This document shows, piece after piece, positions 55,519 through 64,000 of a stretch of DNA of 64,000 nucleotides. Position 1 is the first letter of the stretch. Each line of letters begins with the position of its first letter. The notes beneath the pieces were generated by a model. The model had not been told where the DNA came from and ran no database searches. It saw nothing but the letters and a program-made list of their open reading frames with translations. The position numbers and the translations under genes were made by a program. Source of the stretch: a virus; IMG/VR virus record IMGVR_UViG_3300012930_000012, positions 9,468 to 73,467 of that record. The stretch is one strand, 5' to 3'.

Positions 55519-55896
55519 TTAGCTCGTCGCCACGCCCTTGGTGGCGGCGTAGGCTCTAAAGGCAGCCAACGCCTCATTGATGGCGGCGAACGTCAAACTC
55601 TGCCCGGCGGCATTAGCCGCCTGGAGATCGGTCAGCGCCTTGTGAACACCTTCATTGAGCTGCTGGAGCTGGGTCAACGTGGCTTTGTCGGGGTTGCCCA
55701 CCTGTACGTACAGGTCAACGGCATCGGTGGCAAGCTTCGCCGCAGCGAGCGCGGCCGCAAGCGTGCCCACCTGTTTTGGCGATGCGACCGAGAACGATTG
55801 GCCAATGTTGCCGCCAAGTTGCGCTAAGGTTGTGCAGCCGCCGGTCGCGATAGCAAGGCTAAGGCATCCGGTAAGAAAGAGATGACGCATTCGCAT
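55519..55896 (-). CDS. Lipoprotein, spanin-like
   Basis: Signal peptide MRMRHLFLTGCLSLAIATGG-C with a lipobox-like Cys; RBS AAGGAG. Confidence 0.6.
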   Translation of the reverse strand: MRMRHLFLTGCLSLAIATGGCTTLAQLGGNIGQSFSVASPKQVGTLAAALAAAKLATDAVDLYVQVGNPDKATLTQLQQLNEGVHKALTDLQAANAAGQSLTFAAINEALAAFRAYAATKGVATS

Positions 55897-55915
55897 GGGA
55901 TTAGTCTCCTTTGGG

Positions 55916-56266
55916 TTAGTTGGTCCAATGATCTGGCGCGGGTGGGAGATCGACGGTCTGCCCGGCGAGAGCGTGGCGTGAGTCGCCACAGAATTCTATC
56001 TTGCCGGCTTTTATGAAATAATGGCAATCGGTGACCTCCGTAGCACCCTCGGCCGGTTGCCCATTTTCGTTGTACTTTGAATAGCGGAAGATTCGGATGG
56101 ATGGGCCAAACGTGGGGCTCTCCATGCTACCATCAAAAGACCATTTCGCCCCGTTGTCCGCACGTGGCTTTTCCACGTTGATTGCATGAGCACCTTTACA
56201 GCCCGGACACCAGTGCATCCAGCCAACGGGGCCATCCTTGTCAACGTAGCGCACCAGCTTAGGCAT
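55916..56266 (-). CDS. DUF6527-family protein (copy 2)
   Basis: HWCPGC...H.I...WSFDG...PTF.PSI...CHYFI..GKI.FC.DS.H.LAGQTV.LP. Confidence 0.75.
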   Translation of the reverse strand: MPKLVRYVDKDGPVGWMHWCPGCKGAHAINVEKPRADNGAKWSFDGSMESPTFGPSIRIFRYSKYNENGQPAEGATEVTDCHYFIKAGKIEFCGDSRHALAGQTVDLPPAPDHWTN

Positions 56267-56780
56267 GTTCAAGGATGCCCACGTGATACACCGAATCGCC
56301 GGCAAACTTGGAAAGAGCCTGACGCCTGGTACCCGGTCCCACACCAAAATGGCACCACCGGCCGTACTCGAAGATAACCTGATCAAACTCCAAATGAGTG
56401 GTGGTCGCGACACGCCGGCAAACATCGATAGGAGTGCCGAACCGAGGGGCGGTAAAATCCGCGGCCAGGCCCAGGGGGTGCGCTTTGCCGGCCAGGTACA
56501 GCGCCCAGGAAGTGTCATCGACGGGCAAGCTCCGGTTGGCGCACCAGTGCGCAAAGTCAGCCTTCGTTAGGATTCGCTCGAGTGCCGGGCAACGATAGCC
56601 GCTCGACACCAGGATGGGCACGCTCCCCAGTAACGCCCGCACCACCTCAAGGGAGCTTGCCAGCTTGTGCAAGTTATTCAGAATCTCTTCCGGTGGGTCA
56701 AATTGTTCGGCTATGCCGGCGCGGGCCGCGTCCTGGGAAACGGTCAGTTCCTCGAGAGTGAAATTGGTGGTTAGGTTCAT
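56259..56780 (-). CDS. Endolysin, peptidase M15A family
   Basis: LT.NFTLEEL..S, VSSGYRCPAL, H..GLAADF, FDQVI.E...W.H. Confidence 0.85.
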   Translation of the reverse strand: MNLTTNFTLEELTVSQDAARAGIAEQFDPPEEILNNLHKLASSLEVVRALLGSVPILVSSGYRCPALERILTKADFAHWCANRSLPVDDTSWALYLAGKAHPLGLAADFTAPRFGTPIDVCRRVATTTHLEFDQVIFEYGRWCHFGVGPGTRRQALSKFAGDSVYHVGILEHA

Positions 56781-57823
56781 CTGTTGTCTGTCCAGCCATA
56801 CACAAACATGGCATTATCCGCGCCGTTGGATGCCCAGTAAATGTTCGCGCTCTCGATCATGAATGTCGCAAACTCCGTCTGCTGCCCGGCCGCGTTGGGA
56901 TTGTTGATAGTGACCGGCGGCGTGTTCGTCAGACTTCCAAAGCCACCGTAGGTATTGTTCGGCGCAGCAATGGTCTCGTGGTTGTTGTCGAACGTCATTC
57001 CGTAGAACGTGATCTCCGACGCGGTCGGCGGCACGAAGTTGGCCACAGGGATAGCAACCCAGGTGGGGACCGTGACGCTGCCCTTGACGCCGCTGTCCAT
57101 GATCGGCAGCGCCGGGGACGTGTACCGGGCCTTGTCGTTGTACTGGAGCGTCTTGAAGAAGATGGATCCACCGGTCGTGCGCACCCATCCCATCCTGGCC
57201 TTGAACGTGTAGGTGGCCGGCATAGTCGGGTTTGTGCCGCTGAGGGAGTACAGACCGGCCACCGTCGTGCCGTTGTAGATGAGCCAGACGGCGTACCAGG
57301 TGGAGGCCGCGACCGCGCCCGTGTCGATACCGTTGGCGCCGGATACCGTGATGTCCGGCGATACGCTGACGGTGACGGCCTTGAACGTGTTGCCGCCCGG
57401 GGCCTCCAGGATGGCCTCATCGGCGGTGACGTCGAACACGGTGTTCGGGCTACCTCCAGAGTTCTTGATCTTGAGGTTCTTGACCGCCCCCTGGACGCCG
57501 GGCGCCTGGATGGTTGCAGACTGAAGGAACGCCGCTTGCGTGCCGGCCGTACAAAGCATCACTATCGTATCGCCCGAGTTCCAGGCGACAGCCGTGGTCC
57601 CCTCCTGACCGCGCACGATGGTCATAACGTCTCCGGATCGGGCGGTGACGTGAATGATCTCATTGATCAGCGTCGTCAGGTTGACGAGCGTGGCCACAAA
57701 TAGGTCGCCGCCACCAGGATTAGGAAACTTGGCGCCGGCACCGGACACCACGGTGAGTGACGTAGCCCCGCTGGAGATACCGCCCGCGAGCGTTGTCCTG
57801 GCATTATTGGCGAACAGAAGCAT
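56777..57823 (-). CDS. Tail fibre protein
   Basis: N-terminal FANNA.TTLA...EI..VTARSGD..TIVRGQEGT; C-terminal GANG.DTG.....TWY.VW. Confidence 0.75.
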   Translation of the reverse strand: MLLFANNARTTLAGGISSGATSLTVVSGAGAKFPNPGGGDLFVATLVNLTTLINEIIHVTARSGDVMTIVRGQEGTTAVAWNSGDTIVMLCTAGTQAAFLQSATIQAPGVQGAVKNLKIKNSGGSPNTVFDVTADEAILEAPGGNTFKAVTVSVSPDITVSGANGIDTGAVAASTWYAVWLIYNGTTVAGLYSLSGTNPTMPATYTFKARMGWVRTTGGSIFFKTLQYNDKARYTSPALPIMDSGVKGSVTVPTWVAIPVANFVPPTASEITFYGMTFDNNHETIAAPNNTYGGFGSLTNTPPVTINNPNAAGQQTEFATFMIESANIYWASNGADNAMFVYGWTDNR

Positions 57824-57841
57824 GGGACAGAGCCTCCCGGC

Positions 57842-59347
57842 CTAGATGATGTTAACCTTGTAGGTAAACTGGAACGGAAGCTCCAGGAAACCCGACTCAA
57901 CGGCAGACTTAAGAAGTGATTCGTTAGGGAGCGGAGGGAGTGCAATGACTGATGAAGTTATGCCATTGTACTCGGGTAGCTCGTTGTACCCAAACGTGTT
58001 GTATAGGGCGCCGCTTACAAAACTGCTGAGCGTATTGATTAGGTTTATGTTGACCTGGTTGCCCGGGCCAAAGGTCACACTTACTTGATAAGTCTGGTCA
58101 ACGTTAAAATCGATGCCGTCCGTACCCAGCAAGAAGCGCATGATACGTCGCTTAAGCCAACGGATGTCAAAGACCTTACAGTCGCCCTTGTAGAAGTGCC
58201 ACGTAATGATTCGCCTGAAAATATCATCGGTGATGATGAAATCGGCGGCATGGGTCCCAAGCATCAGCTCATTATAAGCCAACGTGTTGTAGTCCCACGT
58301 GTTGTATGGCCCGATAAGGGATGACGCGGCAGAGGGCAACGATGGGCGTGTTAGGCCGTAGAGCCCGGCGGCCACCCAGTCCAACAGATCCCCCGACACA
58401 GGATCGTGGGTGTAGATGGGAAGATTGAGGGTATTAAACCAATCAAGAAAGGCTTGCCCATAGGTGTTGTACGCCTTGACAAACGCTTGGAGATCATCAT
58501 CGTCGTTGTACTCCTGGTACAGATACGACGGAATGATTTTTTCAACAAAGCACGGCCCTAATCCAGTCGAAGATGATGGAGAAGGTGGTGCTGGTCCAGG
58601 TATGCTGGCAGTTAAGCTGTGCGCCATACCCTGCGCGCTAACGCCCACAAGATTAACGTTAATAGGGCCAGACGTCACAGGGGGTTCGCTGGCGCACGTT
58701 GTAATCGTGCCACTATTTGTATTGAGTGTGAAGTCAGCTCCGTAATTGTCGTGCCCTGCCGTAGCTTGATCTATTCCTGGCAGATACATAATGAGATGGC
58801 TCACCAATGTGCCACCAGCGATGTCTGGCGGGAGCACACCGGAATTTAATTCATCAATGTTAGCCTGGACTAGTGCAATATCCCAAAGCGCCATATAGCC
58901 ATAGCAACCACTATATGGATGAAAATAAGCCCCTGTAGTAGAGGTTGGGCGAGTGCCGATGAGTGTAATGTTGAGATTAAATGGATTTGCATTATTGGTA
59001 TCTGTCGCACCAGCCACAGCATTGAGATATGCAATAGCACTCGTCGATGAGGCTGTAACAATGGCCCCAGTATTCCAAGTACTGCCTGTGTACGTTCCCC
59101 CTGCTAGTACGCTAGTAGTAGGATCACTGCGGTCGAAACGTAACTCACCACTACTGGTGATCTCCATAGTATAAAAGTGAAAACCGCCAAAACCAGGCGG
59201 TAGATTACCAATTTCAAATAACGCGCCATTATGCACGTTGTCGGGATGAAACCACGTAAACACGGTGAACGGAGCACCCGTTCGTATAGGTGGAGCCCTA
59301 CTTAAAAAGGTGTTGTTATTAAAGCCCTGATGTATTTCAACAGACAT
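57842..59347 (-). CDS. Baseplate wedge (gpI-like) protein with an N-terminal LamG/ConA-like domain
   Basis: C-terminal IIPSYLYQEY.DDDDLQAFV.AYN...LLDWVA.GLYG...WHFYKGD; low-GC lectin-like N-terminus and Pro/Ser linker. Confidence 0.7.
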   Translation of the reverse strand: MSVEIHQGFNNNTFLSRAPPIRTGAPFTVFTWFHPDNVHNGALFEIGNLPPGFGGFHFYTMEITSSGELRFDRSDPTTSVLAGGTYTGSTWNTGAIVTASSTSAIAYLNAVAGATDTNNANPFNLNITLIGTRPTSTTGAYFHPYSGCYGYMALWDIALVQANIDELNSGVLPPDIAGGTLVSHLIMYLPGIDQATAGHDNYGADFTLNTNSGTITTCASEPPVTSGPINVNLVGVSAQGMAHSLTASIPGPAPPSPSSSTGLGPCFVEKIIPSYLYQEYNDDDDLQAFVKAYNTYGQAFLDWFNTLNLPIYTHDPVSGDLLDWVAAGLYGLTRPSLPSAASSLIGPYNTWDYNTLAYNELMLGTHAADFIITDDIFRRIITWHFYKGDCKVFDIRWLKRRIMRFLLGTDGIDFNVDQTYQVSVTFGPGNQVNINLINTLSSFVSGALYNTFGYNELPEYNGITSSVIALPPLPNESLLKSAVESGFLELPFQFTYKVNII

Positions 59348-59814
59348 TAGATAAGACTCAATAACGCCGTGGCTGGCGCGTTAACGGGCAAAATGAGTGT
59401 GAGTGTAGAACCTATAACGGATTGCACACTTCCAAAATTGCCAATGTACACCACGCGGCCGGTCTTGCTGTTGTTGTAAATAATGCAACCCAAGGTGTTG
59501 GCGGTAAGGCTTGTCCACTGAGGATTGACTGACCATTGCCAGTACGCAATGTTTGTGATGTTGTCCGTGATAGGGGTTATGTTCTGCGCCGCTGTGAACG
59601 CAAAGCCACCCGTTGTGTAGCCGCTGCCATTGGGCAACTCATCGCTAGCTGCCACAAGTTGCGAATAGTTGAATGTGTCATTGTCGTACGTGCCGGCGGG
59701 CGCGGCTATGCCCAACGCCACCTTAAACTGGTCCCCTCCAAGGGAGAAGTCCTGGATGGCCTGGGGTAGCTCGCCCTTAAGGCTGTTGGGAAATGCCGTC
59801 GTAAAACCGCCCAT
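59347..59814 (-). CDS. Virion structural protein (fibre-associated)
   Basis: S.K.EL.....DF...D.FKVAL...E...G.GYT.GG...W...T....GCIIYN. Confidence 0.65.
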   Translation of the reverse strand: MGGFTTAFPNSLKGELPQAIQDFSLGGDQFKVALGIAAPAGTYDNDTFNYSQLVAASDELPNGSGYTTGGFAFTAAQNITPITDNITNIAYWQWSVNPQWTSLTANTLGCIIYNNSKTGRVVYIGNFGSVQSVIGSTLTLILPVNAPATALLSLI

Positions 59815-60200
59815 TATAAGACCTTCGCCAGCGCGTCACGGGCGCTTGTTAGGTTCCTGTTGATTAGCCCCGCAAGAGCTACCTTGATATCTGGGTGTGC
59901 AAAGTTAAGCGCCCAGCGCGTGCGCTCCGTGATGATCGCTATCCTGCTCAACGCGCGCTCGGTACGCTCGGCAAGTTCCAAGTCCGTCGACACCCCTTGC
60001 AAGCCGGCAAACTCATGATACAAAGTATCGTGGATGCGTCCGCGCAGCACCAATATCTGACCGCGGGCTTCAAGGTCCGCCCCAGGCCCAGGCTCAAGAA
60101 TAAGGTCTGTCGTCGCCGCGGCCCATTGCCCGGGCGCAAAGCCAATAAGGGTGGTGAGCTTGCCTGGCCGGCCAGCGCTCTTGACCGAGTTGATGCTCAT
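59814..60200 (-). CDS. Hypothetical protein
   Basis: ATGA-coupled to baseplate J. Confidence 0.55.
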   Translation of the reverse strand: MSINSVKSAGRPGKLTTLIGFAPGQWAAATTDLILEPGPGADLEARGQILVLRGRIHDTLYHEFAGLQGVSTDLELAERTERALSRIAIITERTRWALNFAHPDIKVALAGLINRNLTSARDALAKVL

Positions 60201-61627
60201 CCTTGTTGCACCAGGATGAGCGTGTCATCAGTCAGAAAATAAGAGTTAGGATCCCCGGGGATAATGCCCGTGCCCGCGGGTGGCGTTTGCACAATCCCGT
60301 CCACCGATACAGAAAATACAAGGCGCGTCAGCAAATGGGGTGGCAACAGATCCGCCACGGCATCCTGGAACACGCACGTCATCTCGAACTCATTGATGGG
60401 CGTGCCCACCGCTATTGAGTTTATGTAATCAACCAGCGCCGGGGTTGCCAGAGCCGATATGGCGACCGGGTTGATAAAATTGGTTGCCGTCGTGTTCCAC
60501 GTAGCCGTGATGGAAACCGTCTGGGCAGGGGGGTTGACGAACGGCACGGTGTACGTATCCGGGTAGTCGATGAGTGACACGGATAGGTTGGATGCCGGCG
60601 CTGGCGATAGCGTGCCCCCGCTAACGTAGGCGGGGAACCCCGTTGTGTCGACGCCGATGCTGAAGTGCGTGTCATCGATAACCGTTATTACGTATGTGCC
60701 GTCATAATTGGATGGCGTGACGCCGGCGATGGTTACAGACTCACCATTCGTATAGAGCGTTGTCACGCTTGTGGTGACCACGCCCGGGTTGGTCTGTGTG
60801 ATGTCGGTGACACCAGCGGTGGCGCCAACCAACGTGGATATGTCGAACAGCGCCGTGTAGATGGCGTAGGCTATTTGGTACGGGTCACCACCACCGCAAA
60901 GTACCACCCACCCAGGGTTGGTCCCCGTTTGCTGGCGCACGCTGATGAGACGTTCTTGCACCCCAGGCACCTCGGACAACAAGGTTTTGAGGAAACGGGC
61001 CATACCCTGGGAGGAAGCAAGCCCAGCCTCCAGCACGCGCGAGCGATAGCTTGATATGCTTTCCGCCGTAGCCAGGCCAGGCGTGCCGGGCTCCGGGTTG
61101 TTGACGGTGAGGTCCGTGATCGTGGATGGCACGGATGTAACGATCTGGTTCACGGTATTGGCCGGCACCGCCCACGTGCCCGAAAGCGTGGCAAGGCAGA
61201 ACAAGGGCAGCGACGTGCCGCCCAGCCCTATGACACCGCCATCCTGGACCGTGTACTGGTGCGAACCATCTGATACGGTGAAACCCTTGGCCAGCACAAA
61301 GCCTATGGCCGACGTGGAGAACACAACGAAGACACTCGTGGCGGTCGTGCCCCCCTGGGCCACCCCGTAAATAAGCCCAAGCTGGTTCAAGAGGCATCGA
61401 TTGGCCGTACGCGGATTGAGCGAATTGATAAGCTCGACCCGCATCTGATCCATCTGAATTAAAGCCGCCACATCGGTGGAGCTGATGTCCTCGATGAGCG
61501 AGCCAGGCAAGTTTGCCGTGTACCCAGGATTAGTCAACGCCACTGTGGCGATGAGATTATCGTGGATGTCCGCCGGGGGTATCGGCTGGAGCCCTGCCTT
61601 GGTGACTACTGTTGGGATGTCAACCAT
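60197..61627 (-). CDS. Baseplate J-like protein with an inserted FCCH-like domain
   Basis: PGYTANLPGSLIEDISSTD, ES..SYR.RV, VPGVQ.RL, GGGDPY.IA. Confidence 0.85.
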   Translation of the reverse strand: MVDIPTVVTKAGLQPIPPADIHDNLIATVALTNPGYTANLPGSLIEDISSTDVAALIQMDQMRVELINSLNPRTANRCLLNQLGLIYGVAQGGTTATSVFVVFSTSAIGFVLAKGFTVSDGSHQYTVQDGGVIGLGGTSLPLFCLATLSGTWAVPANTVNQIVTSVPSTITDLTVNNPEPGTPGLATAESISSYRSRVLEAGLASSQGMARFLKTLLSEVPGVQERLISVRQQTGTNPGWVVLCGGGDPYQIAYAIYTALFDISTLVGATAGVTDITQTNPGVVTTSVTTLYTNGESVTIAGVTPSNYDGTYVITVIDDTHFSIGVDTTGFPAYVSGGTLSPAPASNLSVSLIDYPDTYTVPFVNPPAQTVSITATWNTTATNFINPVAISALATPALVDYINSIAVGTPINEFEMTCVFQDAVADLLPPHLLTRLVFSVSVDGIVQTPPAGTGIIPGDPNSYFLTDDTLILVQQG

Positions 61628-62003
61628 TGAAACCCGGTGGCCTCTGCGAGAGTTCTTTGATGGGAACGGTGACGTTGATGGCGACGCCCTGGTTGGTTAC
61701 GATGGCCACCTTGTAGGTTGGGTTCACAACGTGTGTCACCTTGGTGATGATAAGGCTTGCAAAGTACGAAGCGAACTGTCTCTGCGTGCGCGACACGTAA
61801 AAGTCCGGCCATATCTGTTGCATGATAGATGGCTTGGCGGGGATGCCATATTGTGCATAGAATGGGGACTCCCCAAGGTTAAGCAGCAAGCACTGGATGA
61901 GCGTTACAACAAACACCATGTCGTTCGAGCCATCGGCCGCCGTATCGATCTCTTGCCACTTTTTGTTGTCGTTGGGGTCAACATAGCGCGCATACGTTCT
62001 CAT
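61620..62003 (-). CDS. Baseplate W/gp25-like protein
   Basis: MRTY.R...TLIQ.L.LNLGESPFYA.YGIPA. Confidence 0.7.
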   Translation of the reverse strand: MRTYARYVDPNDNKKWQEIDTAADGSNDMVFVVTLIQCLLLNLGESPFYAQYGIPAKPSIMQQIWPDFYVSRTQRQFASYFASLIITKVTHVVNPTYKVAIVTNQGVAINVTVPIKELSQRPPGFNG

Positions 62004-62590
62004 GGTATAACGCCCCCGCTCGTCCCACCGCCAGTCTGGACTCCACCGTGCTTGTGCAATAAGTAATCAAACCCGTTGATCTTGAGGACACCCGTGATTT
62101 GCACCTCCGATGCGGTGACCTCGACCTTGGCCATACCGCTCTTGCTTCTCAAGATAGCGCCATTGGGACCGTAGAGGATGATCTTATTTTCATCCTCTGG
62201 CGCGTCCCAGTTGGCGTTGGCAATTGGCATGAACACCAAGGCGCCCAGGTTGGCCGGCATTGTCAGGTCCGCAAGTCCTGCACCCAGGCCCGTTATGCCG
62301 CCAAGGCGCGCATCAAAAGGAATCACGACCCCGGTGTCCCCAGGCTGTGTGGGGTAGCGTATCCACTCCGGCCCAAACATGGGCACGGTCACCTGGGGCA
62401 GCGTGAAAGGAACCTTGGTGGGAGACAGCTCAAACTTAACAGTCACTATGGACGTGAGTTCGCTGCTCAAGACTTCCACTACGGAGCACGGAAGGCCCTT
62501 ACCGAGCAACTGTATGGCTTCCCGAACCTTGCGCTCCGCGAAGATATTGAGCGAGCGCTGGAGGGGAGTTTTTTGTGCGTTGCTGGCCAT
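62000..62590 (-). CDS. Baseplate spike (gpV/gp45-like)
   Basis: LPCSVV.V, RYP.QPGD.G; C-terminal HKHGGVQTGGG metal-binding tip. Confidence 0.85.
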   Translation of the reverse strand: MASNAQKTPLQRSLNIFAERKVREAIQLLGKGLPCSVVEVLSSELTSIVTVKFELSPTKVPFTLPQVTVPMFGPEWIRYPTQPGDTGVVIPFDARLGGITGLGAGLADLTMPANLGALVFMPIANANWDAPEDENKIILYGPNGAILRSKSGMAKVEVTASEVQITGVLKINGFDYLLHKHGGVQTGGGTSGGVIP

Positions 62591-63546
62591 TATTGTACCG
62601 GGTACGCATCCACCACGGTCACCCAGGCCTCGGCCGTGGGCTGGCGGAAGTGGCCCACGTGCCGTATTTGGCTTATGCGCAAAGTCCCTTTGAACACGGA
62701 TAAATCTCTTAACTGGCTCAAGGATTGCGGTGTGGTTATTGGGAGCACACCCTTCTCCGGCAACCGCAAATAGTCGAGCGTGAAAAGGTCCCCGCGCATG
62801 ACGAGCTTAATGTTGATGAACGGCGCGTCTATCCAGGTGGGTTGCCCCACCATGTCTTCGAAGTTAATTTGCTTTGGGTTGGATGCCGGCGTGGACCCAT
62901 CCCGCACGACGATGGTGCTCTGCTTGATAACAATATCAACGCCCGCGTACGTGCCCCCCAGGATATTCTGACTTTCCTGCTTGATGTACTGGGCTAGCTC
63001 GACGAGCGTCGAGTAGTAGCCCTTCTGGTCCTCAGCGAGCTTGAGATCATCGCTGATATCGATATCTAGCTTCAAGCTGGGGAACGCCGTGGAGAGCGTG
63101 GTCTTTATGGCGCTCGCCAGGTCCGTATTTTTCTTCCAATCCAGCACCAGGTTAGCCGGCTTAAGAACGCTCCCCGTGTTCTGGGCTATGAAAAGATCCA
63201 GCGTCATCTCGTTGCCGACCCAGTTGCCAATCGCCTGTTGGATGAAGCCTTGCACGATGAGGCCGGCGTAATTGGCGTTGATGTTGGCGAGCGGCAAGCC
63301 GCGCTGCATACCAGCATAGACCTGGATCTGCTTGTTCTTAAGATCATTCGATTGGCTAACCTGTTGGAGCGGTATGCCCCAGATGCGAACAAATGCAATG
63401 CCCATGGGCGAGGCAAACGTTACCACCGGCACGTCAAGTTCAATGTCCAAGGCGCCAGCCATAGTCTGACCGTTGACGAAACTGGTGTACTTTTGAAACT
63501 CCTGGCCCGTGTCCGGGTCCGTAATGATGATTGAATAATATCTCAC
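62590..63546 (-). CDS. Baseplate hub protein
   Basis: MRYY.I.I...VRIWGI...YAGM..GLPL...D.VGQPTW...RHVG.FRQP; upstream of the spike. Confidence 0.75.
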   Translation of the reverse strand: MRYYSIIITDPDTGQEFQKYTSFVNGQTMAGALDIELDVPVVTFASPMGIAFVRIWGIPLQQVSQSNDLKNKQIQVYAGMQRGLPLANINANYAGLIVQGFIQQAIGNWVGNEMTLDLFIAQNTGSVLKPANLVLDWKKNTDLASAIKTTLSTAFPSLKLDIDISDDLKLAEDQKGYYSTLVELAQYIKQESQNILGGTYAGVDIVIKQSTIVVRDGSTPASNPKQINFEDMVGQPTWIDAPFINIKLVMRGDLFTLDYLRLPEKGVLPITTPQSLSQLRDLSVFKGTLRISQIRHVGHFRQPTAEAWVTVVDAYPVQ

Positions 63547-64000
63547 GGTGTCACCTCGAACGTTGCGTTGGAGGCGCGAAACACGAGTCGCGACGTGGTA
63601 AAGTACCCGGCCACCAAGTCAATGATATAGTCGCTTATGCCAAACTCCACGGCAGGGCCGGGGTCCGAAGCCAGGGGGTACTGGAAGGAGAAGCGTCCGG
63701 TAACCAACGCCTTCACGGACCCGTTATACCCGTCCGGCGCGTTGCCGGATATGAGGAGGTTGATGGTTTTGCCCACCACGTATTCATGGGGTAGCACGGT
63801 GGTGGCGGAAACGAAGCCGTGCTTCCACACGAGGCTTTGTAGCTGGTTGGCATCCCTGGACCCTATGAGGGGCAACGTTAGGATTCGCGTTCCATCAAGG
63901 GCGAACAGCGAGAAATAGTACCGCTGCCCAGACAAGTTCCACGGCGTGGACGCGCTATACAAATCGCCATCGAGCTTGGGCTGGAACTGGAACACCGACG
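63543..64000 (-). CDS. Baseplate-associated protein (start probably beyond the window)
   Basis: FQP.LDG..Y....WN..GQRYY...LVAGYF.TS.LVFR....FEV, with a beta-domain insertion. Confidence 0.65.
   Translation of the reverse strand, partial: SVFQFQPKLDGDLYSASTPWNLSGQRYYFSLFALDGTRILTLPLIGSRDANQLQSLVWKHGFVSATTVLPHEYVVGKTINLLISGNAPDGYNGSVKALVTGRFSFQYPLASDPGPAVEFGISDYIIDLVAGYFTTSRLVFRASNATFEVTP

Noticed and set aside
1-64000. tRNA, rRNA or CRISPR features
   Set aside because: I saw no cloverleaf with a T-loop GTTCRA in an intergenic gap and no repeat-spacer array; a tRNAscan/Infernal run is needed to exclude them formally.

Overview
This is about 64 kb of a GC-rich tailed dsDNA phage genome. All family assignments come from motif recognition by eye; no database search was run. 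The minus-strand late arm runs NusG paralogue, TerS, TerL, portal, MuF-like protein, Nudix/DUF2213 protease-scaffold, head decoration protein and major capsid protein, leaving the left edge of the window. It re-enters at the right edge as a myovirus baseplate, tail fibre, lysis cassette and about 9 kb of extra fibre/appendage genes. The head and baseplate genes look Bcep781-like. The plus-strand arm (11.4-45.6 kb) holds SNF2 and two UvrD helicases, an AEP primase, family A DNA polymerase, a beta-clamp-like protein, class II RNR, Dcd, ThyX and many small early genes. I saw no integrase, tRNA, CRISPR array or reverse transcriptase. The strongest signal is a DNA-modification locus: a DNA methyltransferase appears split, its catalytic body encoded behind a PLP enzyme while its conserved N-terminal module is fused in frame to the DNA polymerase. 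A 5-hmdU-kinase/aGPT-Pplase1-type gene is also present with no visible hydroxymethylase. Other signals are a 64-aa protein resembling only the PolA O-helix, two candidate structured RNAs, a six-copy extended translation-initiation motif, a ~40-bp inverted repeat bracketing the AT-rich divergence point, two DUF6527-like proteins, a possible protease-processed head polyprotein, and one small beta-domain reused in four virion proteins.
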